Shown here: positions 25,119 through 27,841 of the stretch, piece by piece
Position numbering within the stretch: the stretch's first letter is position 1
How the letters are laid out: each line of letters begins with the position of its first letter
Source: Elusimicrobiota bacterium
GTDB taxonomy: Bacteria; Elusimicrobiota; Elusimicrobia; UBA1565
DNA length: 27,841 bases
Assembly: GCA_043819795.1 (NCBI GenBank)
Contig: JBDREN010000040.1
Span: 1 to 27,841 of the forward strand
Direction of reading: 5' to 3'
Made by a program: the position numbers and the translations under genes
Notes under the pieces: model-generated
Database searches by the model: none
What the model was told of the DNA's origin: nothing
The model's input: only the letters and a program-made list of their open reading frames with translations

Positions 25119-26701
25119 CGCCGGGCAGGAGACGACGGGCGTCGGGAGGCGTTCCGCCGGCCAGCCCGATGATGGACTTCGTGCGCCGCATCCATTTCGT
25201 CGGGATAGGGGGAGTCGGGATGAGCGGCATCGCCCAGGTGCTCCTCAACCTCGGCTACTCGGTCTCAGGCTCCGACCTCAAGGCGACCGAGCTGACGCGG
25301 CGCTTGGCAGCGGCGGGCGCCGAGGTCCGGATCGGCCACCGGGCCGCGAACATCCGGGGAGCGGAGGTGGTCGTGATCAGCACGGCGGTGCCTCCGTCGA
25401 ACCCCGAGGTGGCGGCGGCGCGGGCCGCGGGTATCCCGGTGGCCCGGCGCGTCGAGCTGCTCGCCGAGATCGCGCGGCTCAAGAAGACGATCACCGTCTC
25501 CGGGACGCACGGCAAGACGACGACCACGGCGATGGCGGCGATGGCGCTGCAGGCCGCCGGGGCCGACCCGACGGTCATCGTCGGAGGCCAGGTCGCCAAC
25601 CTGGAGGCGGAGTCGCCCCGGCCGCGGACGGCCGGCGGGTCCCGGTCCCGGCACGAGCTGCCGGTCGGCGGGACGAACGCCCGCGTCGGTCTCGGCGAGT
25701 ACCTGGTGGCCGAGGCCGATGAGTCGGACGGCTCTTTCTTGAAGCTTTATCCGTTGGTGGCGGTCGTGACGAACATCGATGACGACCACCTGGAGCACTA
25801 CGGCGGCTTCTCGGCGCTGAAGAAGGCGTTCCTCGAGCATCTGCATCATCTTCCATTCTACGGGACCGCCGTGCTCTGCGCGGACGATCCGGTCCTGCGC
25901 GGGCTCATGGGCCGGGTACGGCGGCCCGTCGTGACCTACGGGCTGGCGCCCGGCAGCGGCTCCGGGCGCCGCGCCGGGACCCGCGGCGGCGCCGCGGACT
26001 GGTGCGGAGTCGTCCTTCCCGCGGCAGGGAAGGGCGGGCTCGGCGCCGGCACGCGGATGGCGGTCTATCACCAGGGGCGCAAGAAGGGAGTGCTGAAGCT
26101 CCGGGTGGCCGGCAGGCACAACGCGCTCAACGCCCTGGCCGCCGTGGCGGTGGGCGGCTTTCTCGGACTGGACCTGCGCAAGGTCTTCCGGGGCCTTTCG
26201 TCTTTCAGCGGCGTCGGCCGCCGCATGGAGCGGCTGGGCGAGGCGGGCGGGATCGACTTCATCGACGACTACGGGCATCATCCCACCGAGGTCCGGGCGA
26301 CGCTGGAGGCGCTGGCGGGGACGTCGGCGAGGCGGGGTCCGGCCGCGGGACGGCGTTGGGCGGGGAAGCGCCGGATCGTGGCTGTTTTTCAGCCGCACCG
26401 CTACAGCCGCACGAAGGCGCTCCACCGCGCCTTCGGGCCGGCCGTCCGGAAGGCCGACGCGGTCTATGTGATGGACATATATCCGGCCGGCGAGCGGCCG
26501 ATACCGGGCGTGACGTCCAAGCTGATCCTCGACGCGGTCCGTCGCGCGGGTGTGCCCGCGTACCCGTTCACGCGCCCGGTGGACCTCGTCCGGGAGCTGC
26601 GGGAGGGGGACGTGGTCTTGACGCTCGGGGCCGGCGACGTGTGGAAGGTGGGAATGGACCTCCTTCGCCGCCTCCAGAGCCGCACGTTCGTGGCCCTGTG
26701 A
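25115..26701 (+). CDS. murC: UDP-N-acetylmuramate--L-alanine ligase
   Basis: IHFVGIGGVGMSGIA, SGTHGKTTTT, EADESDGSFL, TNIDDDHL, GRHNALN, DDYGHHPTE, FQPHRYSRT, TLGAGD. ATGA overlap with the upstream gene; alternative ATG near 25169. Confidence 0.97.
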   Translation: MTPGRRRRASGGVPPASPMMDFVRRIHFVGIGGVGMSGIAQVLLNLGYSVSGSDLKATELTRRLAAAGAEVRIGHRAANIRGAEVVVISTAVPPSNPEVAAARAAGIPVARRVELLAEIARLKKTITVSGTHGKTTTTAMAAMALQAAGADPTVIVGGQVANLEAESPRPRTAGGSRSRHELPVGGTNARVGLGEYLVAEADESDGSFLKLYPLVAVVTNIDDDHLEHYGGFSALKKAFLEHLHHLPFYGTAVLCADDPVLRGLMGRVRRPVVTYGLAPGSGSGRRAGTRGGAADWCGVVLPAAGKGGLGAGTRMAVYHQGRKKGVLKLRVAGRHNALNALAAVAVGGFLGLDLRKVFRGLSSFSGVGRRMERLGEAGGIDFIDDYGHHPTEVRATLEALAGTSARRGPAAGRRWAGKRRIVAVFQPHRYSRTKALHRAFGPAVRKADAVYVMDIYPAGERPIPGVTSKLILDAVRRAGVPAYPFTRPVDLVRELREGDVVLTLGAGDVWKVGMDLLRRLQSRTFVAL

Positions 26702-26718
26702 CCCCGAGGTAGAGCGCG

Positions 26719-27492
26719 TTGCACGCGAGGTACGACCAGCATTACCTGGTATCTGATGAGGCGGCCGACGCCATCGTGGCGGCGGCCGGCGTCCGCGCCG
26801 GCGGCGCGGTCATCGAGATCGGGCCCGGGCGCGGCATCCTGACCGGGCGCCTCCTCGATGCGGGGGCGCGGCTGACCGCCGTCGAGGTGGACCGGCGGCT
26901 GGTCGCGCATCTTGAGGGCCGGTTTAGCTCCCCTTCCTTCAGCCTTCTGCACGCCGATTGGCTGAAGCTCGACCTGGCGGGCCTGCCCACGCCGGCGACG
27001 GTCGTCTCGAACCTGCCCTATTCCGTCGCGTCGCCCATCCTGCGGAAGCTGCTCGACTGGCCCGGCTGGCGGAGCGCGGTGCTGATGTTCCAGCGGGAGG
27101 TGGCCGACCGCATCCTGGCCTGGCCGGGGACGAAGGCTTACGGCCTGCTGAGCCTCTCGGTCCGGATCAAGGCCGACGCGTCGCTCGTTCGCGTCGTGTC
27201 GGCGGACTGCTTCCGGCCCCAACCGAAGGTCGAGTCCGCCGTCGTGCGGCTCGAGCGCCTCGCTCGGCCGAGGCTCCCGGAGGACGTTTCGGAGAGGGCG
27301 TTCTTCGCCGTGGTCCGGGCGGCCTTCGGCCAGCGCCGGAAGATGGCCGCCAAGGCGGTGGCGGGGAATATGGGCCTGCCCCGCGCGGAGGTCGAGGCCG
27401 CGTTCCGGGCGAGCGGCGTCCCGCCGTCCGTCCGGGCGGAAGATATCGGCCTCGAATCCTTCATCGCCCTCGCCCGCGCGTTAAGACGGTAA
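26719..27492 (+). CDS. rsmA: 16S rRNA m6,2A dimethyltransferase RsmA/KsgA
   Basis: EIGPGRGILT, AVEVD, VVSNLPY, MFQREVADRI, YGLLS, FRPQPKVES, AFGQRRK. TTG start with a GAGGT RBS. Confidence 0.95.
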   Translation: MHARYDQHYLVSDEAADAIVAAAGVRAGGAVIEIGPGRGILTGRLLDAGARLTAVEVDRRLVAHLEGRFSSPSFSLLHADWLKLDLAGLPTPATVVSNLPYSVASPILRKLLDWPGWRSAVLMFQREVADRILAWPGTKAYGLLSLSVRIKADASLVRVVSADCFRPQPKVESAVVRLERLARPRLPEDVSERAFFAVVRAAFGQRRKMAAKAVAGNMGLPRAEVEAAFRASGVPPSVRAEDIGLESFIALARALRR

Positions 27493-27493
27493 G

Positions 27494-27580
27494 ACGGTGC
27501 CGGGCTTGACTTTTGGGAGTTATTGATCGCATTTGTGGCGTTCGCATGCAATAATTCCCAAAAGTCAAGCCCGGCACCGT
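27494..27580. repeat. 87-bp element with 32-bp inverted arms (REP/MITE-like hairpin)
   Basis: ACGGTGCCGGGCTTGACTTTTGGGAGTTATTG (27494-27525) matches the reverse complement of 27549-27580 at 31/32 positions, with a 23-nt loop. Confidence 0.88.
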
Positions 27581-27841
27581 TTCCTGACTTCCGCGATGGG
27601 ACACCCAGACAAAGCCGTATGGTAAGCCACCGTTTCCGTCGGTTGACTCTCTGAGGCTCTGCCGTCGCGGCGTCGTGTCCTCGGAGAGTCGCGTCAGCGC
27701 AGTTCGTACGCGGCCTGAGGGACGGATTCCCCTCTCCCCCGAAGGGCTAATCTTTACCCACAACTATTTTGAGCACAAGGGGAGATGGGGATTTTTGAGA
27801 AGATTCATGATGGAGGCGTCAGTGGTAAAGGTTGTAAGCCA

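Noticed and set aside
26698..26718. GTG overlapping the murC stop, in frame with rsmA but followed by TAG (possible readthrough or recoding)
   Set aside because: TTG 26719 has its own GAGGT RBS and gives a near full-length RsmA. TAG serves as a normal stop elsewhere in the window (10461, 13478).
27590..27650. c-di-GMP-I riboswitch-like words (GGGAC...CAAAGCC)
   Set aside because: The GGCAAAC/GAAA P2 stem and correct spacing are missing.

Overview
High-GC bacterial window. The style of the giant secreted repeat protein suggests Elusimicrobiota or a similar lineage, but that is inference only. The first 8.5 kb is one uninterrupted minus-strand ORF (GTG at 8484, at least 2828 aa) that the ORF track misses because it runs off the left edge. 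It encodes a signal peptide, a Csp-like S8 subtilase, FN3-like domains, a 7-repeat FG-GAP propeller, and then tandem ~816/~930-aa modules of a G8-like domain plus a parallel beta-helix. A small coupled ORF upstream looks like an orphaned earlier N-terminus. Divergent from the giant gene are a stand-alone IS630-type HTH gene and a PpiC/PrsA foldase. Next come a membrane-anchored hypothetical and a coupled HExxH metallopeptidase plus non-canonical Ddl-like ATP-grasp pair. A minus-strand operon follows (BON lipoprotein, TolC, hairpin-less adaptor, ABC ATPase, MacB-like permease, mutY with a repeat-built N-terminus, CLC-CBS). A plus-strand operon (rdgB, TPR, CsgG-like lipoprotein, TPR, murC, rsmA) ends at a 32-bp inverted repeat. 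All calls come from manual translation and motif recognition; no database searches were run.
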